Shown here: one piece after another, positions 25,762 to 39,618 of the stretch
Layout: every line of letters begins with the position of its first letter
How positions within the stretch are numbered: the first letter of the stretch is position 1
Assembly: GCA_951406725.2 (NCBI GenBank)
Contig: OX597835.1
Span: 16,058,001-16,122,000 of the forward strand
Source of the DNA: Octopus vulgaris
Lineage: Eukaryota
DNA length: 64,000 nucleotides
Direction: 5' to 3'
Notes under the pieces: generated by a model
The model's input: the letters and a program-made list of their open reading frames with translations, nothing else
Told to the model about the DNA's origin: nothing
Databases searched by the model: none
Made by a program: the position numbers and the translations under genes

Positions 25762-25979
25762 TTTACTCTCTTTTATTCTTTTATTTGTTTCAGTCATTTG
25801 ACTGCGGCCATGCTGGAGCACCGCCTTTAATCGAGCAACTCGACCCCGGGACTTATTCTTTTTGTAAGCCCAGTACTTATTCTATCGGTCTCTTTTTGCC
25901 GAACCGCCAAGTAACGGGGACATAAACACACCAACATCGGTTGTCAAGCAATGCTAGGGGGACAAACACAGGCACACAA

Positions 25980-26025
<46 letters not shown>

Positions 26026-26406
26026 TACAAAATTAGAGAATGGAGAAACATACTTAAATCAGTAAAACATCAACTATCCGATGATACTCGATCCATACTT
26101 TAATACACCATTACATATGAGTAAAGGCAATATATAAAATGAAATGAGATATACAGTAATAGTAAAAAGATAAAGAGATATAAGTAAAAAATTTCAAATA
26201 TAATATGCAAATAAATCAAAACTGACAGCTGTTTCGGCAGTGAGGACAGTCATACCTCATTTAACCTATAAGCCATAAAGGCAGGTATAGATGAACTGAT
26301 TGTTTGACAATTTTTAACATCTATGTATTAATTTTGTTGGGTACCTATCTAGCAGTATATTGGATATATATTATCCCATGGTGGGTTGAATTTTCAACCC
26401 CTATCT

Positions 26407-26448
<42 letters not shown>

Positions 26449-26610
26449 GACGGGCTTCTTTCAGTTTCCGTCTACCAAATCCACTCACAAGGCTTTGGTC
26501 GGCCCGAGGCTATAGTAGAAGACACTTGCCCAAGGTGCCACGCAGTGGGACTGAAATCGGAACCATGTGGTTGGTAAACAAGCTACTTACCACACAGCCA
26601 CTCCTGCGCC
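25762..26610 (-). mobile_element. SINE family A split by a Penelope-like insertion in its (TA)n tract
   Basis: Tail 25762-25990, head 26445-26610; the insert carries GAAAC-AGCT-GTC on the minus strand (26224-26235). Confidence 0.75.
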
Positions 26611-26869
26611 TAATGCTAAAAAGTTAATAATAAATAGTATTTACTTGACATCATTATTATTATTATTACTTGTAAAAGGAATTACCATAACAATGGACCA
26701 GCAACATTTGTCAGAATAGTCATCATCATCATCATCGTTTAACGTCCGTTTTCCATGCTAGCATGGGTTGGACAGTTCAACCGGGGTCTGGGAAGCCAGA
26801 AGGCTGCATCAGGCTCCAGTCTGATCTGCCAGTGTTTCTACAGCTGGATGCCCTTCCTAACACCAACCA

Positions 26870-27897
26870 CTCCGTGTGTGTAGTGGGTGCTTTTTACGTG
26901 CCACTGGCACAGGTGCCAGGTGAGGCTGGCAATGACCACGATCGGTTGGTGCTTTTTTACGTGACAGGTGCCAGGGGAGGCTGGCAACAGCCACAATCGG
27001 TTGGTGCTTTTTTATGTGCCACCGGCACAGGTGCCAGGGGAGGCTGGCAATGGCCACGATCAGTTGGTGCTTTTTTACGTGACAGGTGCCAAGGGGAGGC
27101 TGGCAACAGCCACGATTGGTTGGTGCTTTTTTATGTGCCACCGGCACAGGTGCCAGGGGAGGCTGGCAAAGGCCACGTTCAATTGGTGCTTTTTTACGTG
27201 CCACCGACACAGGTGCCAGGGGAGGCTGGAAACAGCCACGATCAGTTGATGCTTTTTTACGTTCCACCGGCACAGGTGCCAGGGGAGGCTGGCAATGGCC
27301 ACGATCAGTTGGTGCTTTTTTATGTGCCACCGGCACAGGTGCCAGGGGAGGCTGGCAACATCCACGATCGGTTGGTGCTTTTTTATGTGCCACCGGCACA
27401 GGTGCCAGGAGAGGCTGGCAATGGCTACGATCATTTGGTGCTTTTTTACATGCCACCGGCACAGGTGCCAGGGGAGGCTGGCAACGGCCACGATCAGTTG
27501 GTGCTTTTTTATGTGCCACCGGCACAGGTGCCAGGGGAGGCTGGCAATGGCCACGATCAGTTGGTGCTTTTTTACGTGCCACCGGCACAGGTGCCAGGGG
27601 AGGCTGGTAACAGCCACGATCAGTTGGTGCTTTTTTATGTGCCACCGGTACAGGTGCCAGGGGAGGCTGGCAACGGCCACGATCAGTTGGTGCTTTTTTA
27701 TGTGCCACCGGTACAGGTGTCAGGAGAGGCTGGCAATGGCTACGATCATTTGGTGCTTTTTTACATGCCACCAGCACAGGTGCCAGGGGAGGCTGGCAAC
27801 AGCCACGATCGGTTGGTGCTTTTTTACGTGCCACCAGCACAGGTGCCAGGGGAGGCTGGCAACATCCACGATCGGTTGGTGCTTTTTATGTGCCACT
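26870..27897. repeat. 63-bp tandem repeat (about 16 copies) inside a family D element
   Basis: Unit GGCACAGGTGCCAGGGGAGGCTGGCAACGGCCACGATCAGTTGGTGCTTTTTTATGTGCCACC; adjacent to the family D tail at 26720-26870. Confidence 0.93.
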
Positions 27898-30165
27898 GTC
27901 ATGTATTTACGCTTGGGTGATTTTTTTGCATTTTGTTCAGCTGTGACTGTTAATTTAATTTCTAGATTTCGTTATATTTTCAGCCATAGATGAAGTACTT
28001 TTATAATATTTTGTAACAAACTTCTACATTGCTTTAACCCCTTCAGCATTTAACCCTTTCGTATTCAGATTATTTTGTCAAATGTAATGATTTTTCATTG
28101 ACATCGTTTATAATTAATCATGCTTTATTTTGTAGCTATAAAGTTTTGATGATGAGATTGTATATTTCTAGAATGGCATTGAAGGGTAGGTGTGATAGGT
28201 TGGATCTGACTAGTTAGAACATAAAGCAGGTAGAATATTTGGGCCGGATATGGCCTGTTTAAATACTAAAGGGTTACCGTATTTATTTTGAAATACTAAA
28301 GGGTTACCGTATTTATTTTGAAATACTAAAGGGTTACCGTATTTATTTTGAGATGCTCTGTGTTTCTTTCAATTAATTTTAAATATAACAAAGAATTTAG
28401 TAAAATAACTTGGTTATCATTTAACTAGTGTTAGGAACATAAATTGTGACTTCCAAGGTTTGGTGGAAGATTTTAATTCAAAACTTATGAAAACAAAACA
28501 TTTGTACTAAAGAGCCAGAGCCGGTTTCAGCCGGGTTGGTAATGAAAGGGTTAAACCGGCCATATCCAGCCCCCAATTTTATGTTCAAACTGACCAGATC
28601 TGGCCTCTCTCACCTACTCTAAAATGTCATTAAAAAAACAACAACCACAACAATAACAACAAACATCACTGAACTCTCAAAGCTACAAGGTGATGCATGA
28701 TAAATTCAAAACAATGAGAATAAATAAGCATTATAGTTGACTCTGTAGTAAATCTGGTTGTTGAACTGGTGAGATTGTTGAATACAGTAGACTGGAAATG
28801 ACTGGCTGTAAATAGGCTTTACTCTTCTAAGAACGAGGGTCTGGTATCTGTCATTAGTCGTTTTAGTCATGAACCTAGCTGACCAGGAGTCAGCCACGTT
28901 TAGATATTATTCCAAAGCCTCGTTTTGCGACTTTCTGGCGAGATGATGGAAATAATTGCAAGTAGTAATAATAACAGTGATTATTACCACAAATTTATTG
29001 TGGAAATATGACTGGTTCATAACAATTGGTTGAAAAAAAAAAGCAAAAAACCAGTTATTAAAATAAGTAATTGAACACTGATGGTAGGCATTTTAAATCA
29101 TCTGAAAATTCAAAGAAACAAACTTGTTATTGATTGATTGATTCTAGTTTCAGCTTATGAGCTGTGGCCATGCTGGGGCACCGCCATTATATCATGTTTT
29201 TAATCAAAAAATTAGCAGAATGGGTTTTTTTTTTCATGGAATGATTGATAAGAAAATGGGATCCAAACATGGCCACTACCATCCGACTGAGTGGCGTAAA
29301 GGTACTCGCCACCGAACTCCAGCCTCTGGCTCACAAATGTGCCATCCTCCTCTTTACCAGTACTATGGGGGGAGGGGGAAGCATATAATCCACAGACACT
29401 GGGAAACTGGCCCCTATAATTTTATATGACTCAGGAAGGATCTCGACTCCTTTTTTAAAATTTTATCCTAGAGTTACATTGGTCATGGATGAGACAGCAT
29501 ATCATATATCGGTTTTAGGAAGAGTAGCCAACTGTAGGAACGATGCTAAAGCTGGAGCTAGTGCTCGACACAGCTTGTCGGATCTTGTCAGACCATTCCA
29601 ATCCATGCCAGCATGGAAAAATGGATGTTAAATGATGATGATGATGAGAGCGGTGGTGATGGTGGTAACGACAGTGATGATGATAATGAGTTCATCATCA
29701 TCATCGTTTAGCATCCGCTTTCCATGCTAGCATGGGTTGGACGGTTCAACTGGGGTCTGGGAAGCCAGATGGCTACACCAGGCCCAGTCTGATCTGGCAG
29801 TGTTTCTACAGCTGGATGCCCTTCCTAACGCCAACCACTCCGTGAGTGTAGTGGGTGCTTTTTACGTGCCACCGGCACGGAGGCCAGACAAGGCTAGCAA
29901 ACGGCCACGATCGGTTGGTGCTTTTTACGTGCCACCGGCACGGGGGCCAGGCGAGGCTGGCAACAGCCAAAATGTGCATCATAAAAAATATCACTGAGGT
30001 CATAAGATGGAAACTATTGCTCTGAGATGTTGATCATAAAAGGAATGACAGGTGTTTTATCACGTGAATTTATTGGAATAGAAAAAGTATAAAGTTGAAT
30101 ATAACACCACCACCACCACCACTACAAGCTCCTGCACTCCCACTACTGGTGTTATTTCAGCTTAC

Positions 30166-30314
30166 CTTTGGTTAGCTTGAGATGAAGGGGACGACGAAGG
30201 AGATGAGGCACTGCCAGTAGTTGTAGACATAATAGAACGAGGTTTAGGAGACGCTAACTTCAACAAATTACTCCATTCACTTTTCCATTCATCTTCAGAG
30301 AAAATCAAACCAGA
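30166..30314 (-). CDS. OTUD7B: OTUD7-like exon (OTU domain)
   Basis: ttccAG|SGLIFSEDEWKSEWSNLLKLASPKPRS...QANQ|GTAAGC; 149 nt, phase 0/2. Confidence 0.95.
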
Positions 30315-30591
30315 CTGGAAGTCAAAAAAGAAAAAAAAAAAAAAGAGATGGATTGGGTTGATAAAGGAGGAACATTCAATGATAGGATTATGGGTGTGAA
30401 ATACCATTTTAAGAAATATTGCATAGAGAATTTTTAAAAAAACCAAGTTTTCAGTAAATTAACACTTAATATATAAAAATACACATCATCTCCGTAACAC
30501 ATTGCAGCTTCTAGTTTTTTTAAATAATACATGTACCTTATGTATGTCATGTAGATGAAGATTTTAATCTACAGTTACTTCTATTACATAT

Positions 30592-30643
<52 letters not shown>

Positions 30644-30984
30644 CTAATGCAGGATAAAATTTTTTTGAGAAAAAAATTTTATCAATGGCCAGCATATCAA
30701 AAAATACCTTTAAAGGTTAAATTTATAAATAATTTACAAAATAAGGGCAAAAGAAAAATTCTAATGCCAAACATGCCGAAAAAAGACAAAATTGTCAATA
30801 TAATAATAATAATAATAAGAAGAATAAGAATAATAATAATAATATTAGGGAGTATAACTCCAAACTTACAGGGAAAAATTCTATTTAGTATTAAATCAAA
30901 TTTCACAATATAAATACATAATATATATAAATTAGAGAAAAAACACTATTAGGCAATTCAAACAATGATAGACATAAACCATAT

Positions 30985-31100
30985 CATATAGAAAAATAAA
31001 ATATATTATAAAACATATATCTAGATCACTAAAAGTACATTATTTTGTACTTTTAGTGATCTAGATATATGTTTTATAATATATTTTATTTTTCTATATG
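30985..31100. repeat. Perfect AT-rich palindrome, about 55-bp arms
   Basis: CATATAGAAAAATAAA...AAAAGTACA / TGTACTTTT...TTTCTATATG with a loop of about 6 nt. Confidence 0.93.
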
Positions 31101-31116
31101 CCCTTTAAATATACAC

Positions 31117-31160
<44 letters not shown>

Positions 31161-31350
31161 TATTATTATTATTATTATTATTATAGTCTACTGGTACAGT
31201 TAGAGTATCTTAGGTTTCAAAAACCATATTTATAGACAAATATTTAATGCCCACAAATATGGGTTTTGAAACCTAAGGTATCCCCTAACCAACAGTAAAA
31301 TCATGTAAACAAAAAAACAGTAAGAAAGAAGGTCACCAGTGACCCCTTAC

Positions 31351-31478
31351 CTCCTTGTTCAGAAGGGTCTGCTGCCACCGCCAACGTCTGTACAGTGCCC
31401 CTCGATAGATTTCCTTTGTCATCGTGTCATAAAGAGCTTTACGAAGTATCAAATCTCTATCTTGCACACCCCACATAG
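31351..31478 (-). CDS. OTUD7B: OTUD7-like exon (OTU domain)
   Basis: Read manually: ccgacAG|AMWGVQDRDLILRKALYDTMTKEIYRGALYRRWRWQQTLLNKE|GTAAGG; 128 nt, phase 1/0. Confidence 0.95.
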
Positions 31479-33047
31479 CTGTCGGACAAATATAAGAGAG
31501 AAAACAACATCAGTTCTTTGTTGAACGTCACAGGAGGGTTTCGAATTTTGGCACAAAGCCAGCAATTTCTGGGGGGAGGGAAGTGGGTTAAGTCGATTAC
31601 ATCAACCCCAGTGTTCAACTGGTATTTATGTAAAGATGGGCAAAATCTTGCTAAGCATTTTGCCAGCTTGCTGCCTTAGAAGGGTAGAATACAGGTTTCA
31701 AATTTTGGCAAGGCCAGGTGATTACATCGACCCCCAGTATTCAACTGGTATTTATTTTATTGAACCAGAAAGGATAAAAAGGTAATGTCGACCTTGGTGG
31801 AATTTGAACTCTGAATGTAAAGACAAACAAAATCCAGCTAAGCATTTTGCCCAGCATACTAATGATTCTGCCAGCTTTCTGCCTTAGATGGAAGGAATAT
31901 TGGAGATGTTTTGGAAACCCTACATCAGGCGTTCTCAACCATTTTTTAATTAAGGACTCCTTTGATTACTATTTTATTATGGTGGACCCCTGTAGCCATT
32001 CAATGTTTAAAAACTAGTTTTATAGAAACTTCTTTCAAAATTCCTGTCTTGTTTTTCACACATGAACTTGTGTAGATGGAACTATGTAAGATGTTGGAAA
32101 AAGAAACCCAGCTGTTTCTTGCAATACAAACCAATACATACATCTAAAACAAAACTTTTTTCAAGGGCCCTTAAAATACTATTGCGGATTCTCAAAAATC
32201 TTATATGGACTCTGAAGGGCCATATGAACCCTGGTTGAGAATCCTTGCCCAACACCACCATCATCCTCTCTCTTCTCTTTCTGGCAGACCACAAATGACC
32301 AAAATGGTAAGGCATCAATCAGAAGACAATCAGCAATGTTGCCCTTGGTTCACATTACACCACTCCCTGTGTGTTGTAATGTCAGAGACGAAGATCTCCC
32401 TTTTCGCACTTGAACAGCCTCAGTCTACCTAGCTGTTAACGGGTACCACCGCATCAACAGAACCAACTCAACACTGTGATCAGCAGTGGTGATCATGACA
32501 GATCTCCATCATTTCACTCCAAAGGTAACGGGTTGATCTGAAGCTGTTGCAAATATACAACATACATCACCACCGCAACCACCAGGGCAGGTGTCTTCTG
32601 CCAAAGCCCTGTGAATGGAAACTGGAAGAAGCCCATCATATACATATAATAGATGCTCGACCCACACATTTGATAGTTGTTTACACCCAGTTTGGCTTAC
32701 GATTAAAGAGGTTTTAGTTGTGACCATTCCACAGGACAGCATATATAGGACTGTGTATGACTTAATGGAGAACTTAGCTGTTATTTCTAGCAGGTACAGC
32801 TACTACATATAATGAAGCTCCCGTCTCATTTTTATTGTTTCATTTATGATGATGAGGAGGAGGAGGAAGAGGAGGATGTGTCGGGTGATTGACCTGAACA
32901 AAAGAACATAGATGAGGTCAACATCCGAATGAACGGTTTCCCATCTTCACCTCTCATTAACATCTAATTAACTAACATGACGGCATTAATATTCAGCAGG
33001 GTTAATGAGTACATTCATTAATGAGAGAGTCGACAGCTGGTACTCAC

Positions 33048-33146
33048 CTAACGAAGCTGCATGTAAGAGACAATTACCATCACCAGTTGTAGCCATTGGC
33101 ATTAAACGTTGACAAACACCTACAGTTGACCACCAGTTTAAACGGC
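33048..33146 (-). CDS. OTUD7B: OTUD7-like exon carrying the catalytic Cys loop
   Basis: Read manually (absent from ORF track): tttcAG|[33 protein letters not shown]|GTGAGT; 99 nt, phase 1/1. Confidence 0.95.
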
Positions 33147-33242
33147 CTGAAAACAGATTCAGCAATCGTTAGAAAATACACTCATAGATAAAGATACTTT
33201 TGTATATATGTATGTATTGGTGTGTGTGTATGTATGTATGTG

Positions 33243-33297
<55 letters not shown>

Positions 33298-33300
<3 letters not shown>

Positions 33301-33600
33301 CATGATCACGTGACCGACCAGACCATCAGATGTTGTTACACATCACTGGTCACAATGCATTCGTATTGTTTTAGCCTTTGAATGACGCCACCCCGCTGGC
33401 TAAGCGAGGAGGCCAACAGAAGAAAGAGTGGGAGAAAGAGTGGTGAAAGAGTACAGCAGGGATCACCACCTCCTACCGGAGCCTCGTGGAGCTTTTAGGT
33501 GTTTTCGTTCAATAAACACTCACAACGCCCGGTCTGGGAATCGAAACCGCGATCCTACGACCGCGAGTCCGCTGCCCTAACCACTTGGCCATTGCGCCTC
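33298..33600 (-). mobile_element. tRNA-derived SINE family C with alternative tail
   Basis: Head matches the 9.4-9.6k copy; 3' region differs. Confidence 0.85.
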
Positions 33601-33618
33601 CACATATATATACATATA

Positions 33619-33896
33619 TATATTACATACATATAAGGGGGATAACCACTAAGTGGATATCCATTATGCTAGAGGTAAACCCCATATGGTCTGACCTCTA
33701 AGAAAAGGTTGTTCTCAAGAAAATTCATCAAACGCCAGAAAGTAAGCGATCAAGACAAATGAAAAGATACAAAATATAAAGATATGAAGAATTTTCTTGA
33801 GAACAATCTTTTCTTAGTGGCAAGACCATAGGAGGTCTACTTCTAGCATAATGGATGTCCACTTAGTGGTCATCTACCTTATATGTATGTAATATA
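33619..33896. repeat. Imperfect inverted repeat, about 105-bp arms
   Basis: TATTACATACATATAAGG..CCACTAAGTGGA.. mirrored at about 33788-33896. Confidence 0.85.
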
Positions 33897-34801
33897 ATAT
33901 TTCTGAATCTTCAGATTTTTCAATATGCTAGGCCACTGGTTTTAAATTGATAATAATCAAATTAACATTCAATTTTTCACCCTTATTATTTTAAATTTGA
34001 ATATATATACATACACACATATATACATAACACACATATACATACATATGTATATTAAATACACACACAACTAGATATATGCATCTACACACACACACAC
34101 AAATATGTATATACACTCACACAAATACACATATATACAAATACATAATCACACACACACACACACACACACACGCATGCATACAGTCCTTGACTCAATG
34201 GATCCTTGTCAAACCATCTAACTCATGCCACCATGGAACACGGACGTTAAATGATTCTATACATGTGTGTGTGTGTGTGTGTGAAAGCAAGTGGCCTAAT
34301 GAGTAGAGCAGCTGGCTCACAATCATAAGGTCACGAATTTGATTCTTGGTGACACATTGAGTCCTTGAGCAAGACACTTTATTTTGCTTTGCTCCAATCT
34401 GCTCAGCTGGCAAAGAATGAGTAGTGTCTGTAATTTAAAGGGCCAGCCTTGTCACATTCTGTGTCGCACTGAATTTCCCTGAGAACTATGTTAAGGGTAC
34501 ATGTGTCTGTGGAGTGCTTAACCACTTGCATGTTAATTTCAGGAGCAGGTTGTTCTGTGGATCGGATCCAGTGAAACCCTTATCATCATGACAGATGAGG
34601 TGCCAATTATATGTATATATCTATATCTATCTATCTATCTATCTATATAGATAGGAACAGGAAACTCAGAGTAACAGGTTTTGTTGAATTTTCTGCTGCT
34701 TTAAATAAAGCATATTACTCTACCACTGGTATTTGAGTACTCTTTTTTCCACCATGTTTCACATTTATGTGTTTACTCCGGTATCTATCTATCTATCTAT
34801 A

Positions 34802-34839
<38 letters not shown>

Positions 34840-34853
34840 TATATGTATATATA

Positions 34854-36135
34854 CTAGCAGAAATACATGGCGTTGGCCGGGTTAAAGAAAATAATGAAAT
34901 TTAAAAATGCCTTTTAGATCTCTAACATGAAACATAGACTATGCAGGTCTTACCTCCTCATAACTGAGATACCAGCTTTATACTTAATAACCTGGCATTT
35001 CCCAGGTTACTGGGATTATGCAGTTCTTAACAGTAATTAGCTGAGGTACAAACTATTAATGTCAATAACACATTTTGTTCAATGTTCTCATTATTAAAAT
35101 TGTTAAACAAAAAAACCATGTAGTTCTTTGTCTTTACAATCACCAGATGTCAGTACTTATTGAAACATGATGAACCTGAAAAGGCAGACATTTGAGAAGA
35201 ACCGGCCTGCAAGCACTCCCCTCATGTTCATAAGTACATTTAACAAAAATTCTATCAGATGACAGGAGTAGAAAGAAATGTATTGAAACAAATCTGGAAA
35301 TCACCCACAGTTTAATTATCTAAAGCTTCTAAATATACAATGTTTTGAGTGTGTCCTTTAATCTCTATATATATATAAAACTGAAGTTGTCTGTGTAAGG
35401 CAGGTTTGGTAGCCTTCAACTAACACTATCTACTCCGAGACCCTGCGGCGCAAGTTGACCAAAATTGAAAGCATGATAGAAGAAGGCTTGCTCTTCCTTC
35501 CGTAGAAAATTCAAATCGGACCATGTTAACTCCAAAAATTATTTACGTCAAAAAGGTGTTTTTTTTTCTATGAAAATTCTTATTTTTTACGATTTTTTGA
35601 CTGCTGTGTCACAATTTTTCGGTGTATTTCAACCAGAAAAATGTTCACATAATGCAAAATTTTTACTTTTCAAAAATTCCAATTCTAAAGGTCGAAACAA
35701 CGCCGGGCGATATTGCTAGTTGGTGTATAAATGAAAAGATTTGGGGGACTTCCTACTCACTAACATCCTACATATAATTGCCCATGAGAGAAGCAAGGTG
35801 AAGTCCAACAACCTTGAGAGACTGTCCCTGAGACTTGTTTATTGACATAGTGTGTCCTGGGAACTGGAACTGTTTAAATTCAAAGGAGAGGCCATATGGG
35901 AGTAACGGGATCTGTGGAATGACGACATCCTCACCCTTATAGTTCCCAGTCATAAATGGTGTCTCTAGGACATGGGGCTGCATCACTTTCACCACCAGTC
36001 TGGTGCCGTTGCTCAGACAAGGTTGATTCAGATTCCTGAGCAGCGTCATTGGGGGTCCCCTTTTTAAGTGTTAAGTGGTGAGGTAGCATCCCAGATTGCT
36101 GTAGAGAGTTCAGGAACTCAGTTGGAGAAACTACA
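34854..36135 (-). mobile_element. Helitron remnant with Pif1-helicase fragment
   Basis: LLRNLNQPCLSNGTRLVV...QFP..MSINKSQGQSLKVVGLHL; Helitron-like 3' end (GC-rich subterminal stretch plus CTAG) at 34885-34854. Linking the two is an inference. Confidence 0.75.
35362..35719 (+). mobile_element. Non-autonomous Helitron
   Basis: A|TCTCTATATATATATAAA ... CAACGCCGGGCGATATTGCTAG|T. Confidence 0.78.
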
Positions 36136-36693
36136 GCCTGGTACTTAATTTATCGACCCTGAAAGAATGAAAAGCAAAGTTGACCTCGGCAGAATTCGAA
36201 CTCAGCATGCTAACATTTCTGCCAGCTCGCTGCCTTAAGACATATTACAACATTGCCACATATATAGTTATATCACATACACACAAACACTTTGTAATAT
36301 CATGCATACACGCACACACACTGTAAGATCACACACATGAAAACACATACATGCATATTACATACATGCACACACACACATACATATTGTTATATCTGTT
36401 TCTTTATTGCCCACAAGGGGCTAAACATAGAGGGGACAAACAAGGACAGACAAATGGATTAAGTCGATTACATCGACACCAGTGCATAACTGGTACTTAA
36501 TTTATCGACCCCGAAAGGATGAAAGGCAAAGTCGACCTCGGCGGAATTTGAACTCAGAATGCAACAACAGACGCAATACCGCTAAGCATTTCGCCCGGTG
36601 AAATTCGCCCGATATTCCACACATACATATTGTTATATCACACACACACACATTATGCCACACGTCCAAAATAACCAAAGATATGCTACGCAC

Positions 36694-36915
36694 CAGCTTG
36701 TTCAAGTGAAACTAGTGTTGATGTTTCGACAAGGTCTCGTTCCAGAAACATGCGGAAATCTTCAGAATAAACCGACAAGTCAGGTAAGACAAAGGTTTGG
36801 GTATACATATGGTCATGGCTGGATTCTTCAATGTCTTGGAGAACATCGTTCCTGACTTTACTCACTAATGGCACATTCTCGACTGTATTCGATATTCCAC
36901 GCTTCAATTTGTGAT
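36694..36915 (-). CDS. OTUD7B: OTUD7-like exon (N-terminal part of OTU domain)
   Basis: atttcAG acceptor; HKLKRGIS...TFVLPDLSVYSEDFRMFLERDLVETSTLVSLEQA; donor G|GTGCGT. Matches OTUD7 'F.[29 protein letters not shown]'. Confidence 0.93.
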
Positions 36916-37382
36916 CTGAAATGACAACATTTGGAGGAATTAAAGACACAAGAATTTGATTTCATCTTCATTCATCATTTAACATCCGTGCTCCATGCTG
37001 GCATGGGTTGGACAGTTTGACAGGGTCTGATGTGTCCAAGAACAACATCGTACTCCAATGTCTGTTTCTACAGCACTTACCCAAACATTGCAACAACATG
37101 GTTTCTACAGCACTTACTCTTTTAATTGTTTCAGCCATTTGACTGTGGCCATGCCGGAGCACCGCCTTTAGTTGAGCAAATCGCCCCCAGGACTTATTCT
37201 TTCTAAGCCTAGTACTTATTCTACCTGTCTCTTTTGCTGAACTGCTAAGTTATTTCCCTTAGTTTATTTTTGTTTAATCTTTCACTCTCTCTATCCATCT
37301 ATCTATAAATATATAAATGATCAGGTGTAGTCTATCAACTATTTTGTTAATGATTGTTAATTATATATCAATATATATCCAC

Positions 37383-37433
<51 letters not shown>

Positions 37434-37469
37434 CATACATATGCCCCCCCTACATAATAAATACCCCCA

Positions 37470-37502
<33 letters not shown>

Positions 37503-37504
37503 GT

Positions 37505-37553
<49 letters not shown>

Positions 37554-38239
37554 AAACCAAACAACTTGGCAATCTGTGCCAAAAATCTCAATAGCTCTTC
37601 CTTAATTCATCATCATCTGATGCCAGAGATCTGAGATTGGTGAAGTGGATTTATTGATCCGGAATTTATTTTATATAATATTTTAAATCACTGACATTTT
37701 TACACAAAAAGAAAAATCTCCCCTCACCCACCCACTCTCACAAAACAACAACAACAAGAATGGTAAGAAAAATTGTTGACTAAATAAAAAAATAATAAAA
37801 TTTTCTAATTTCTGTTGTTTTTTTTTTGTTTTTAAGTTAGATATAGGATTACAAATTTATTTTATCTTTCTAATTGAAAGTAATAATAATCCCTTTCTAT
37901 TAAAGGCACAAGGCCTGAAATTTTAGGGGAGGGGGTTAGTCAATCATATTGACCCCAGAATTTCACTGGTACGTAATTTATTGATCCTGAAAGGATAAAA
38001 ATCAAAGTTGATCTTGGCTGAATTTGAACCCAGGACATAGCAATGGGCAAAATACTGCTAAGCGTTACGTCCAGCACACTGCCTTAATAATAATGGTTTC
38101 AAATTTTGGCACAAGGCCAGCAATTTCAGGGCAGGGGTAGGTCGATTACATTGACCCCAATGTTCAACTGGTACTTATTTAATTGACTCCGAAAGGATTA
38201 AAGGGAAAGTTGACCCTGGTGGAATTTGAACTCAGAACA

Positions 38240-39200
38240 TATGAGGTGGTATCAAAAAGTTCCCGGACTAGTCCTGCAGCACACCAACAGATGGCAGCAC
38301 ACAGTTGCAAGCACAGTGAGAGCTAGCAGTGACCTTCATGAGGCAGTGTGCCAAGTGACATTGCTGTGTTTACTTCACAAGTTGTGAAATTTGTGTTTTT
38401 TCATGATCATGTGTCTGCTGTAGTCTGCGATTTTGTCTTGGACAGGAACAAAGAGCCGACAAGAAATCTCCTACAGAGACATTGAGCCTGCTTCAGCAAG
38501 CTTATGGCGATGAGGCAAGGGGTCATACGCAATGTTCTGAGTGGCACAGGTGCTTCAAAAATGGAAGAATGTCCCTGGAAGACAACGAATGATCTGAAAG
38601 ACCTACCATGGGCATCACCCCTAGAAATGTGGTATTGTGCATTGAGAATTTGTCCTCCAGGGCAGCCCATCAATCGAGAGTTCAACTGCAATGCTTTGAA
38701 GAGTTTGAGGGAGGACATGTGGTGAAAGTGACTGAATCTGTGGAGTGTGGTGAACGGGATTCTTCATGATGACAAGGCACCTTGTCACCAAGCTCTCCTT
38801 ACTCATGAGTTTCTCATTAAAAACAATATTTTTAGTATTCTCATTTGTAAGAGAAGTCAAGTTTGAGATATTCTCATTTAAAAAAATCATCTCTGGCTAA
38901 TTGTTGAGAGGACATTGGTATTACTTTGGCGGAGGTTTGCACTTTTTGAATGCTCTTGTTATTATCATTTGTCAGATTTAGCACCTGCAGACTTCCATCT
39001 CTTCCCCAAGATGAAAAATGCAGCTCAAAAGACATTGTTTCAACATCATTGTTGAGGTCCTGGGCGAATTGCAGAAGGTCCTCGACTCACTTATGGAAAA
39101 TGACCTCCAGGCTGGATTCCACAAAGTGGCAGGAACACCAGGACAGGTGTATTGCTGTGCAAGGTGATTGTTTTGAAGGGATGATGCTAAAACTCAGGTA
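38240..39200 (+). mobile_element. Degenerate mariner with nested repeat fragment
   Basis: TIR-like GAGGTGGTATCAAAAAGTTCCCGGACT; frameshifted transposase pieces; 38826-38960 matches the 40.3k element in reverse. Confidence 0.7.
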
Positions 39201-39584
39201 AATAAATTATTTTTTTATTAGAAAGAAGAAAGATTGAATGAAATCTGGATCAGCGTGACGTAACAACTTATGACTGATTAAGTCAAGATCATAGTTATAT
39301 CATAACTTGTATTACAGTATGATTGCAATTAAAATTGATGTTGTAATACTTTATAAACTTCGAGAGAATGATAAATAATAATTTTTTTTTTTTGCTTTGG
39401 AATAGTGAAACTTGAAGCAGGTAAGGCTATAAATAATTGTTTGTAAATATACCGAAGGGTATATATTTTCATCTAAACTAAAAATGTAAAAAAAATATAT
39501 ATATTTGTAAAAATATGAGAAACCTTTTATTAAAAAAAAAAAAGTTTCCCCAGATAAACCAAACCAGGTAATCTTTATATATTA

Positions 39585-39618
<34 letters not shown>

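Noticed and set aside
26763-27993. 385-aa and 327-aa repeat proteins
   Set aside because: Open frames of a 63-bp retroelement-derived tandem array inside an intron.
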